Assembly (NCBI RefSeq): GCF_000143415.4 | Contig: NW_003314287.1 | Coordinates: forward strand, 1,640,001 to 1,704,000 | DNA: 64,000 nucleotides | Direction: 5' to 3' | Source of the DNA: Selaginella moellendorffii | Lineage: Eukaryota > Plantae > Lycopodiophyta | Shown here: in pieces, positions 13,268-24,776 of the stretch | Position numbering within the stretch: position 1 is the stretch's first letter | Layout of the letters: each line of letters opens with the position of its first letter | Notes under the pieces: generated by a model | What the model was told of the DNA's origin: nothing | The model's database searches: none | The model's input: only the letters and a program-made list of their open reading frames with translations | Program-made: the position numbers and the translations under genes

Positions 13268-13494
13268 GGTGAGATTGCCTGCCACGCCGGTCGGATTTTC
13301 TGCGTCAGCTCTCCACGTCATTGGCTTCTTCGCGGGTTATTAGGGCTTTGGAAATTCGAATGACGCCCTTTCGACCTGGACCATTCTCGATCGATCGTTC
13401 GGCCTATGCGCGGTGGTGGATCGGTAGATCAGTCGCAGTGGATCGATCTCCTTGGCGCGGGTGAGAGATCGATCAATCGCACAGGATTCCAGCG

Positions 13495-14658
13495 ATGCCC
13501 AAGAAGAAGGCATTGCTGCCGAGGCCGGTGGTGTCACGAAGCGAGCCCGCGGAGGAGCATGAGTCCGAGGACGAGGAAGAAGAGGACGATTTCTCGGTGC
13601 AAATCGCCCCCGGGCTCCTCCCAGCGCCTCTCCGGCTCGATCCACCGGGACCCAGCGACCCGGCGATCGCCCCCTACGCGGATTTCTTGCATTTCACCCA
13701 GGTACCCGATGTTCCTCGCAAGCTCGCGGGCGCCCAGGAGGTCCGAGGCCAGTCGTGGCCGCTCGCGCCACCCGACGAGATTTGCCGCGGCTCCACGAAC
13801 ATTTCCATCAGCAGCAGCAAGGACGTAGCGCTGCCGCCCTCGATCTTCTCCAAGCAGCACAAGTTCACGGTGGTTTGCTACAGCGAGCCGGACCCAAACG
13901 GCGATGGCGGCGATGCCAACAAGCCTTGCTCGGTGGTGTCGGTGGAGAAAGAGAGGGATGGCGAGGACGATGAGATCTTGCAAGGCCGCGATCTCGAGGG
14001 AAGGATCATCAGGTTTGGCGATTTGAGCAGCAAGGTGGACTTTTGCATGCAAGTGAGGAGCTTGTATAAGTTTGAGACGAGGATCGTGAACGACACAATC
14101 GGTGTTTTCAAGAGCACGAAGCCTCGGGTGTGTGGAGCGTGCTCGTTGCAAGCTCGAGCGGAGCTCCTCCCGGATTTGAGGCACAAGTATGGGTTTTTGT
14201 TCCGGCACACGATCCACGTCCACGGCCCCGCGGGGTGTGATTTCGAGAGCAAGGTGAGACTCGCCGATCGATCCCGGGTGGATGTTCTCGCCGTCAAGAT
14301 CGGCCCGAGCACCAGCGGAGGATCATCCAAGCCGGAGGTGTTGAGAGTATTGCAAGTGACGCATTTCATCCGGGTGAGCATCACGCCCATCCCGAGAACT
14401 TCGTCGGCGATGCCGAGGCCGCTGCCACCCGAGTTTCGCGATCCCCAGCACTTGACCATGGACGAGGATTTTTTCGACAGGGCGGAGCTAAATTTCCAGG
14501 ACAAGGAAGAAGAGGAGGCGGCTTATGTTCCGCCACCTTCGAATCCTCCCTTTAGACGCCCCAGCCGATCCGAGCCAGGTATAACCAATGCCTTCACACT
14601 GCGTTGCGTGATCATGGTCTATTGTGAACTGATGGTTTTCGAGGTTCTGATTGAATAA
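13495..14658 (+). CDS. Hypothetical protein, 387 aa, acidic/Pro-rich termini
   Basis: Long GC-rich ORF with coding-like composition; no family recognised. The 3' end may be spliced (CAG|GTAT at ~14578). Confidence 0.6.
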   Translation: MPKKKALLPRPVVSRSEPAEEHESEDEEEEDDFSVQIAPGLLPAPLRLDPPGPSDPAIAPYADFLHFTQVPDVPRKLAGAQEVRGQSWPLAPPDEICRGSTNISISSSKDVALPPSIFSKQHKFTVVCYSEPDPNGDGGDANKPCSVVSVEKERDGEDDEILQGRDLEGRIIRFGDLSSKVDFCMQVRSLYKFETRIVNDTIGVFKSTKPRVCGACSLQARAELLPDLRHKYGFLFRHTIHVHGPAGCDFESKVRLADRSRVDVLAVKIGPSTSGGSSKPEVLRVLQVTHFIRVSITPIPRTSSAMPRPLPPEFRDPQHLTMDEDFFDRAELNFQDKEEEEAAYVPPPSNPPFRRPSRSEPGITNAFTLRCVIMVYCELMVFEVLIE

Positions 14659-16429
14659 TTCCAGCATGAAGACTGCTACTGAGGGAAGACAATAGTTGAT
14701 TGCTCACACTCTTGTGTTCTTAAATCGAATGTTTGGTTTAGATTGGATAATGCAGTATATAATCGCTTTAGAATTTTATTTTTTATTATAAATTTCCAGC
14801 TTGTAGGTAGATTCGTATAAACTAGCATTCCTTAATTAACATATTGAGCTTCACATTAGCACAATTTGATTTGTTTGTGGTTGTTTTTGTATCAATAATA
14901 TATTTATGATCTTTTGTGGTCTGTCAACTCACAATATCTACTCCTGCATCTATGGGTTTTTTGTAAATTTGTCCATATTTGATTTTATCTTGAGTTTCTA
15001 TAGCTATTATTTTTATTTTTATCTTCGTAACCAAATTTTGTAGATGGCCAAAGCAGTCATATTGTTTATTTATTGAAAAAGTTATCTTCCAAGTTCTAAA
15101 AATACTAGACAATTTTCTCTCGATAATATAATAAAGTTGAAAAATTCTTACCTCCACATAGTTGTTACTATGAAGTTGAAAAGCTCTTACTTTCACATGG
15201 TTGTAATTAATATGCACTTCAAGCTTTATAAACTTGCTAAATACTCTTTAGACACCACAAACACTCTTTAAAAAGGTTACAACAGGAGAATGCATTTGGA
15301 GAAAAGGCTTCCTGCAATGTTTAATATTTAGTAAATTCCTTAAGAAAATCTATCTTTGGTAAGTACCTTGACTTTAGTGATTTATAGTACCAAGCTAAGT
15401 GATGAGAAATAATTTACTCTTAAACTAAATAATCTTTGAACAAAATTCAATTATACACAAACTTTTGCATAAGCCTAAAAAGGCCATACAGAAATTTTTA
15501 CTTTAAAGAAAAAATATAAAGGGACTAATGGATTAGCTCCTTTTAGATATACCCCATTTACAATGTGAGCACTAACATAACATAACTTAGCAAATTTTCA
15601 ACTCTTAAAAATAATCAATTAATTAGTAGAAGGAAAGGACTAATTATATAGAGAGAATCCCATACTAAAGAACTAATTATTAGAGATTATTTTTTGTCTA
15701 TTTATTGTAAATTTTCTTTAATATTGTTTTAGCATTTAATTGTGTAGTGTTTGAGATGGCAGAATTGTAATTATTACATAATAGATTTAATATTTTTAAT
15801 AAAATATTAAATTTCAAATCTAAGAATAAAATTCTAACTTAAATTATTTTTAAATAATTATATTTTTTTACTAAAAAATTATACATTGGGAAAATAGTAA
15901 TAAACTCTCTTGAATTTAGATTATTGAAACCAAAATATATATCATTGATAAGAATATGCCATTAATAAAATCATGGGAGTACACTCATGTGTAGGAGAGC
16001 CCTCCAATCATATATATACACATACACATATACATAATTAGCATATATTTTTTGTATGTTGAATAAAGATTTTTATATTGTACTGTGAGGGCACTTAGAG
16101 TACTTGTTTTCTATTATTATTAATTATTTAGTCATGCACTAGTATTTGTGTCTACCTGTATTATTTTGTTTTTATAATATAGCATTGCCATATTTTTCTA
16201 TTTATTAATCTAATCGATCAAATAGAAGTTTATAATTAATAAAAAAAAATTTAGATATTAAAAAATAGAATATTTAGGAGTATTAGAATTTTTTTAGAAA
16301 ATTTTATAAATTATAAACATATTTATAATATATAAATACAAGATTAATCTAAATAAATAACAATGATAGAATATCCTAGAAATTCAAGCATATTCTAGGT
16401 ATATCTACTACTGCCCCAGTCCCCTTAAT

Positions 16430-16664
16430 ATTGCAGTTTTTGATCTTTTAACAGTTGTAGATAATGAAATTACATTCTTTGCATAGTATCAAAAAAATTA
16501 CTTATAGAATCTTAAAATCTATGAAATTTAGTTCACTATTAATTTATAAATGAAAATGTTTATATTTAAAGTTCTAGATTTTCTTACTATTATAGGTAAT
16601 TTTGAATAATTATTGACTCTGCAGATCATTGATCTAAAACTGTTAAAAGATCAAAAACTACAAT
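16430..16664. mobile_element. MITE-like element with ~38-bp inverted repeats inside an AT-rich block
   Basis: ATTGCAGTTTTTGATCTTTTAACAGTTGTAGATAATGA (from 16430) is the near-perfect reverse complement of 16626-16664; AT-rich non-coding interior. No TSD identified. Confidence 0.55.
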
Positions 16665-18619
16665 CCATGCGGGCCCTTATAGGTTTACTTAAAAAATCCA
16701 AAAATCATATTTAAACCAATATAGTTAAAAATCATGAATACTTTTTTATCTTATTTATTCACTAAATTTATTCTATTTTTTAATAATATATATATCTTAC
16801 TTAATAAATTTAAATAAAATAGAAAAAAATTAAAACCCATAATTATATACCACTAACATATTGCATCATACCAACCAAAAGCTTTAAATTAGAGTGATCA
16901 AGTAAGGAATATCAAACTTCTTGTTACCATAATGTATTTTTGCTTATTTAAAGGCTAGAAATATAATTCAAACTAATAGGAATTGTTAAAATATAATCAC
17001 TGTTCTAGCAGTCTAGATTAGTCCATCCATGGGGATCACACCCTCAAAAAGTGGGTTTGAAGACCCAAAATACAGGTTTCTCTACAACAGTTGACTTCAT
17101 TTCTCACCATGTAAAGGATGTATACCTAGGTTCTCACCTTGTTTTAGTGATTTAACCACCTGCCTAGAGGAACTTAGCTCACTTTCACTCTCCCTCACAA
17201 AGAACTTCTAAAGCCAATTCATATGCTTGAAGTTGTTTTATGTCTAGCAAGAATTTCACAAGCTGCATTGCAAGGGCCTCATCAGGTAAGAGCATTTAGA
17301 GATTATGCTCTTGCCAAGGAACATAACAAACTAAATGATGTGGTTTTTGGATTTCATATGGTTTTTTGTGTGTTAAGTTCAAATTGGTATATAGATATCC
17401 ATATGGCAAATTTTGCTATCATTTTAATATATAATTTCAGCAATATGTATAGATTTATATATGTTTTTTAACTCTGACGCACTGATACATGGTTTTTTCA
17501 CATAATTTGTTATAGCCCAGATAATCATATAGATTATAGTTCACTGATACATTATTCTATGTCCAAGCTAGATATTCCATCTATATAATTTTATCTATCC
17601 ATCTATATAATACTTTTTTTTATACATTTTCCTTTATTTGCATAAATCTCAATAATAAAAGCTTAATATAATATCTCTACTATATATAAGCCTATAATAG
17701 AAATAATAAAAATAATAATTAGTAAAATATATGATGCTTTGATATGAAAGCCCTATGAGCCAGATAGAACTAACATTGGGTGCTGGCCGTGGCCGTAGGA
17801 TCCTAGCTAACATTGGCTGCTGGCTGTGGCTGTGGCTGCAGCCACTGCTGGACATTGCCACTGCCACATGCGCGATGGGGATCTTGGCTGTTATCTCATC
17901 CCCCCATTTGGAACTATTGGAGGAAGCTTAGCATTTAGGACATTGGCAGTCATCTCTTGCCTCTGTACCACAACATGTTGGAAGCTCAAGGTTGGAAGTA
18001 TTCACAAACAACACTAGCTAGTGCCAGCAGCACTGTCATAGAGGAGCAATCAACCAAGCTCCAGATGTCTTCTTTAGTGCCACCCTGGCCTTCTTCACTG
18101 CTACCTTGTCTGTCCTCAGGGGCGACACATCTGTCGAGTGATTCCTTGCCAACCGGCCAGCGTTGAAAACCAGTAAGATTGTCATTTGGTTTCCATAGAG
18201 TTATAGAGTTATAATTTAGGTTGATCCATCCATAGTTTGTAAAACTCAGTGAAGACTTATCTCGGACGTGATGATCGGCTGCAGGAGAAACTATTGTCCT
18301 TTTGGGAAATATACCTACCAGCGCCAGTAGGTCGAAGGAGAATGTGTCCAGGCCCTGTACTGCGCTTTATCTTGTGAGTTCCTGAGTTGATCAAACTCTA
18401 CTGAGTCCTTCATCATGAGTGCCATCATAGCGTTGTGGCTGGAGTCTCATATGAGCGTCGCCGGGAGTGGAATTGAAGATCCTTGGCACTCTGATCTCTT
18501 CCTTTCCATGCCGCCACTGGCCCTGAGAAACTTTTGGCAAGATAATATGTTCACAAGCAATGTTGGCAGGCTTAAAACCAGAAAATGATCTTTTGAACTC
18601 CCCAGATTTAAAATGTGAT

Positions 18620-18627
18620 AAACCCTA
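18620..18627 (+). promoter_or_regulatory. Telo-box AAACCCTA upstream of TrpRS
   Basis: Exact telo-box directly before the first ATG; typical of plant translation-machinery genes. Confidence 0.5.
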
Positions 18628-18628
18628 G

Positions 18629-20423
18629 ATGTGGAGGATTAGGGCTAGGCAGCTCGCTTGCAGGGCCTTGGAGAAGGAGATGGCGCAGGAGCAAGTGGTG
18701 ACGCCGTGGGAGGTGTCGGGCAGCGGAGCTATCGATTATGACAAGCTCATCTCGCAATTTGGATGCGAGAAGCTGGAGCAGCGCCTCATTGACAGGGTCG
18801 TCAAGCTCACTGGCAAAAGAGCACACACGTTTCTTCGTCGCGGCGTCTTCTTTGCTCACAGGTACGTTGTCTAGATTGAAGAGTTGGACAGAGAGCATTT
18901 TTCTTCTGCTCCCAGAGACTTTGAGAAAGTCCTCGATTCTTACGAGAAGGGAGAGAAGTTTTACCTCTATACTGGACGAGGGCCATCGTCAGAAGCTCTT
19001 CATCTCGGCCATTTGATACCATTCATGTTCACAAAGTAGGTGTCGGCATTTTTTTTTTTTTTCCATCGCTTGCTTCTGTAGATATTTGCAGGATGCTTTC
19101 AAGGTTCCGCTTGTCATACAGCTCACAGACGATGAGAAGTGTATGTGGAAGAATCTGAGCGTGGAGGAGACCAAGAGACTTGCACGGGAAAATGCCAAAG
19201 ACATCATAGCCTGCGGCTTTGACATAAGCCGGACATTCATTTTCAGTGATTTCCAATATGTCGGTCGGTGAGTCATGTTGCTTCGTTCTAGTTTCGTGGA
19301 TTGAATCAGCATGGTGTTTTTCCAGTGGATTCTATGAAAACATGATTACCATCGCCAAGAGTGTGACCTTCAATCAGGTACGAGTCCAGTTTGTCGCTAG
19401 TTAAATTTTACTCAGTAGGAACTTGATGATTCAGGTGAAGGGCATTTTTGGTTTTGATGGCGAGTCTCATATTGGCAAGATTTTCTTCCCAGCTGTTCAG
19501 GTACTAAGTCTGCTCGCGTCTCCTCTCCGCCTAAATCGTACATGTGTACAGGCAGCTCCGTCTTTTCCAACCTCCTTTCCTCATCTATTTGGGACCAAAA
19601 GCAAGATCAAATGCCTCATACCTTGCGCGATTGATCAGGTAAGCTCTTTACTATTCCACTAGTAACTAAGGTTTTTCTTACCGATACAGGACCCATACTT
19701 TCGAATGACTCGCGATGTTGCTCCAAGACTAGGCTACCAAAAGCCTGCCTTGATTGAGTCGAGGTTTTTCCCCGCATTACAGGTGAGTGCTTCTTTTTAA
19801 AGCTTATAGCACTAAGGCGTTCCTCATTTCAGGGAGAGAGTGGCAAAATGTCTGCTAGTGATACGAACTCTGCAATTTACGTGAAGGATACCCAAAAAGA
19901 GATCAAGAAAAAGGTACGAGCAGCGTTAGAGTCTTACGGGTCTGACATGCTTCATAGATCGCGAATTATGCATTATCTGGAGGCGGAGATACGAAGGAGC
20001 TACAACGAAAGAACGGTGCCAATCTTAAAGTGTGGTGTTTCCGCGTTCTCGATCGGTCTTATATTCTTTATGTTACAGGTCGATATACCATTCAAATACT
20101 TGACGTTCTTCTTGGACGACGACGAGGAGCTCGAGAGAATAAGAGACGCAAGTAATCTCTTTGTTGTTTCAATTTTACTAACATGTTCAGTTTTTACAGG
20201 AGTATGGGTCGGGAAGAATGCTCACTGGAGAGATCAAAAACATACTGAGCGATGTTCTGTGGAAGATGGTTGAGCAGCATCAGCAGGCTCGTTTAGCCGT
20301 CACAGAAGAGGTTTGGAACGTGAAATAGAACACCATGGTTACTAAGTGATGAGGATTGTTATAATGCAGATGGTGGATGCTTTTATGGCTCCAAGAGAAA
20401 TGCCTTTTATGTTTGAAAAGTAG
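18629..20423 (+). CDS. Tryptophanyl-tRNA synthetase, cytosolic/eukaryotic type, many short introns
   Basis: [66 protein letters not shown] and KMSAS motifs; TAG at 20421-20423. The start is either 18629 or 18680. Confidence 0.95.
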
Positions 20424-23400
20424 CCCACGGAGCAACAAGCTCTTCAAAGTTTTGGGAGGTAGAGCTGCTCGTCCAATTCCTTTTTCTTTCAGAGAATGAA
20501 AAGTGCTTCTTTCGATCTCATGCATTCCTTCTCAAGCAGGCATAAACCAAAAACCATTGTTACGCTGGACCGTAACTTGGGATGGAGTGAACGGGGTAAG
20601 CGGTCTTGATTTAGAAAACGCTCAAGATGGTCACGCATCGCAGCATAAACATGAGTTGCCAGATTGAGATAGTGTCGCATTGGAACGCATTGATGATGGC
20701 TGAGCTCTACCTCGGGCAAAGGATCCATAGCTGGAATTCTTCCACACTGAGAGCTAGGATCATACGAGAGAGACCAAAATCTTCTAGCCATTCTCGCAGG
20801 ATACACTACTTTCTTAAGAAAAGTCAGGATTTCCTCCGGATTTTCTCCGTATCGCGCTCGTACAGGAGACGTGGTTGCATGATGTGGCTTTTCCCTCTGA
20901 CTGGAAAAGTTCGTTGGTCAACAAAAGCTGTCGTGTGACCGGGATATTCGATTCAAGTCACTGGGGATATTCGCACACTCTAGAAAGCTCGCCTTCCTTT
21001 TCACGCTCAATCATTCAGCGTGGCGATAAGACAAGGGGAGGAATGCAAATAAACTTTGAGCTCACAGCGATGCGATGGCATTGAATTGGATTTTGGTGGA
21101 TTGGACTCGCATTGAATTGGATCAACGCTGCTTTGAGTCCCACTTTCGCATCCAATCTCTATGAATGTCTCGGAAGAGCATGGAAGTTAAAATGGTTTTT
21201 ATTACTTTTCTTCTCACCAAATAGGTAAGGGATTCTTGGAGCAGTGTCATTTTGATGATGGAAAATGATATGTGAAGAAACAGGGAGCACTTGCGTCAAG
21301 TCAGGGTCTATAGTTTGGATGGGGACACTGGGAAGAAAACAAACATTTAACTATTCTTGAGAATAGGATTAGAGAGAAGAGGCTCTTCCTTTCTCAATCT
21401 AGTTCGCTCGGACAATGCTGGACAAGAAACAAACAGGGACAAAGTGTTGATCCCAGCGAGAGAGAGCGCTCGTCTTCGTCTTTGAAGGCTTCAAAGCTGG
21501 TTTCCTTATACCATATAAACTGTTGGATCAATTGGGACAATCCAACCGCCAGCAGCAGCAGTAGCGGTGCATCGAGCAAATCCATGGATTTGGGATGCTT
21601 TGACTGCGAATTAAAACTCGGGGCACATAGCACCATCCTTGTGTCGAGCATGGCCACGACAGATCCGTCTATGCAAGTGATTAAACAAATCACCATCCAG
21701 CTTTTCTTGTCCCACGGGTGCCTGGTTTCAACACAAAACCATTTTCTTAACTTTCAAAACCAAAAGACACAAAGCTAGTTTTGTTTCGCGTGTGAATCCA
21801 TGAAACCCAATCCGTCTCGAGCCAGCGACCGAAGACCCAAGAAATTCTAGAAACCAACGTAACAAAAAGGTGGCGAGCTTAGTTAGATAGAGTGGTCCGT
21901 ACGGCAGCGCGTGCCGGGCTAGTTCGTACTGCGACGACGCGGCTTCCCCCGGCGAGCAGACGGGAGTCAGACGTGGCAGAGTATCCCGGAAATCTAGCGC
22001 GCGGTAGATACTTGGCACATGCTCATATGCCGTACAAGCGTACTTGACTGACGGGCTGACGGCCCTTGACGGTTGCACTTGCCGGCGAAAGTAAATCTGG
22101 GAGCTGGTAAAAGGTGACGCTAAAGTAACTCTAGCTTGTCAGTTTGCCCTAGAAAACAAACCATTTACATGCAAAAAAGCGGGGGCGTGCTCCTGTAAAC
22201 TTCTATAAAAATGTGGGTGACGTTTGTACTTCGCCATTGTCCCAACATGTGGATTCATTGTTGATGCGAGTACGTCTGCAACCAGAGCTAGATCGATCCA
22301 TCCATCGATCGATTCAAAGAACTTGGAAAGAAGGCTCTAAAAATGCATCACCCGGCCCTTCCAGCCTATAAAGACCTGTACCTTTTGTACTCGCTGGTGA
22401 ATCGCTAGATCGCAATATGGGGGGCCTGTTTTGCCGAGTTCTTGGGCAGAGCCTCGTGCTACATCTCACCTCAGGCTTTTGATGGAATGGAAGTATCATG
22501 CACTTGGGTGTTTGTGTTTGAGTTGTGCCACTTTCAAGTCTATACACCATACTTTAGGAGAATCAATGAATTTGTATACTCCCCCTTTACTTCTTTCCCC
22601 CCTGGAAACACACCCAAGTACTCTCGAGTTGCTGGATCCAAATCCAATTGCCCGGGATTTCAAGGTACTTTCATATAACTTTGCCTTTTTCCCCATGGAC
22701 CACCTTCTCCTTCCGCCTTCCTGCGTTGAACTCAAAGCTAAAATATTAATCTCGCTAGAATCTTTGGGAGGAGTGTGGTCACAATTTCAGGCTCCAGTCT
22801 ATGGAGAGTCATGAAAATTAGAGGTAATGATGGACACTTCCCCGACCACTTCTCAGACTAGATAGAAGAGCTTCGGCTCATGCAGGCAGCAGAACAGATC
22901 ACGTACAATGTTGTGCGCAAACTCGGTGGTGAGCGATCAAGGTTGATAATGATTTTGATTGATCAAGGTTATATTTTAATCTTTCACAACTTGCTTGCTA
23001 GGATCGAGTGTGGGTGTGTGTATATTGTATTCAATGTGGATATCATAATTTCTTATTTGGATTTCACGTGAATGATGGATGGCTCCCTAATGCCATGATT
23101 CACAAGCGATCCTCTTTGACTGGTCTTTCAAGCTCACTTTGTTTACACTATTGCAAAAGCTGGTGTGAGAGAACTTTCGGATTGGTTTCTAGAAAGCAGT
23201 TTTCATGGAATTTAATGTTCAGCAAATGAACTCGCGTCGACCACCGTGTCGAAAAACCCTCTCGGTCTGGTATTTGTTTGTTTGATTAAACAAAAACTAA
23301 TCAGAAACTATAGCCGCAGTGGCAACAAGAACAACAAAACAACAGAATAATGGATTTTGTATATAATTGGTGAATGATATACACAAAATTCCAATCGCCC

Positions 23401-24776
23401 ACGACTCATATATGCCGTAATAAGGTTAGAAAAAACAGCTTTGGAATGCTTTGACAATAAAAATCTTTCTTGAGGCTCATGCTGTTGCCGGGACGACAAG
23501 CTTTGATGTGCCATGTCCTGTTATTGAATTCAAACATATTATTCTTCACCGCCCTCGATTAATCAGCTCGGGAATTCTGTCCGCCATGAGCCCTACATGC
23601 AGTCATAAATTATGGCCTGGCCTGGTTGTTAACTTAAGAACATTCATATAAGAACATGCATGCAACACTTGGTAAATAGAATTTTAACGTGAGACGGGAT
23701 CCTCGCTGCACTCAAAGTTCTTGACATCATCCAAAAGGCTGTTCTCCTTGGAAGTCCCGATGGATCAAAGGTGTATATGCGGATTGCCGGGTGGCCAGAT
23801 CCGATCTAGAAGAAATTTTGCAATCCGCGGGCGCGTTAGATTTTGTTGCTGGATTGGCATATTGTTCAATGACCACCCTCGTCTTCTTAATTTCACTTTC
23901 AAGCAGCAGCAGGAACAGCAGCAGTAGAAACTTGGCAGGCAAGGAAGAATTGTTATAATCAGCGAGTCAGCTATTACAACAGGGCAAGAACAAGGACATG
24001 AGCTTCTTTAGATTATCACCTTTGAAAACATGGGATGGCACGTAATTACATTCACGTGCAAAGAGTGTGGCTTGCGATTCTTGAATCCCTCTCGGTGCTT
24101 CTTGTATAAAACAAGAAAGAGAGCCTCTAGGGCCGACAATCCCTCTTACAGGTAGCAAAACAACCATTTTCATAATCCAAAGCGAGCCAAAGCCGAGTCA
24201 ATTAGTGCGTGCTTTTGGCAATATTCATCCGAAAGGTGGCGTGCTTGTCTCTCAAGAACCCTAAACTCCTTTTGTCATGTTGCCGGATGATCAAATGTTT
24301 CAATGCAATGTATCATGAGTGCGGCATTATTTGATGAATACAGTAGGAGCTACGTATTGGGCCAGGTGGGGCGGGCCACAATCCCCCGACCGGCAGACCC
24401 CACCGCTCACGTCACCTTCCGGTGCCGGAGCTCCGGTTTCCCGGCCGGGCAGACCCCACTTGGGCAGCTCGGGCAGCTCGGGCAGTCCGGGCAGCCTCTG
24501 TGTGCGGTGTGTTTTTTGTTCTTGAGATCGTTAGCAGCAGCCCTTCTCTGAAAATACGTCTGTCTTTCCCAGCTCTCGCTTTCGCTCATTGTTGCCTTGT
24601 TAGATCCTGGTCGTGTTATAAGAAATTCCATACCGTCTTAAGGCTTATAATATTTTTCCAATTGCGCTCTATATATCTCCTCCTCGCTGGATCCCAAGTT
24701 CTAAAGAGTTAGAGCTTCCAAGGAAAAGAAAGGAAGCTGTAGATAGAGTTCCAGCTGAAGTTTCTGGGGCGTTTGG

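Noticed and set aside
14700-17750. 3-kb AT-rich CpG-poor block as a single transposon
   Set aside because: Probably decayed repeats, but no termini or coding remnants were recognised apart from the MITE-like inverted repeat.
21061-21170. TTGGACT-containing stretch suggestive of a miR319/159 precursor
   Set aside because: The match stops after 7 nt and no convincing hairpin was seen.
22400-22680. Kinase-like words (IWGACFAEFLGR, LELLDPNPIAR)
   Set aside because: Too short, in different frames, and no other kinase subdomains found.
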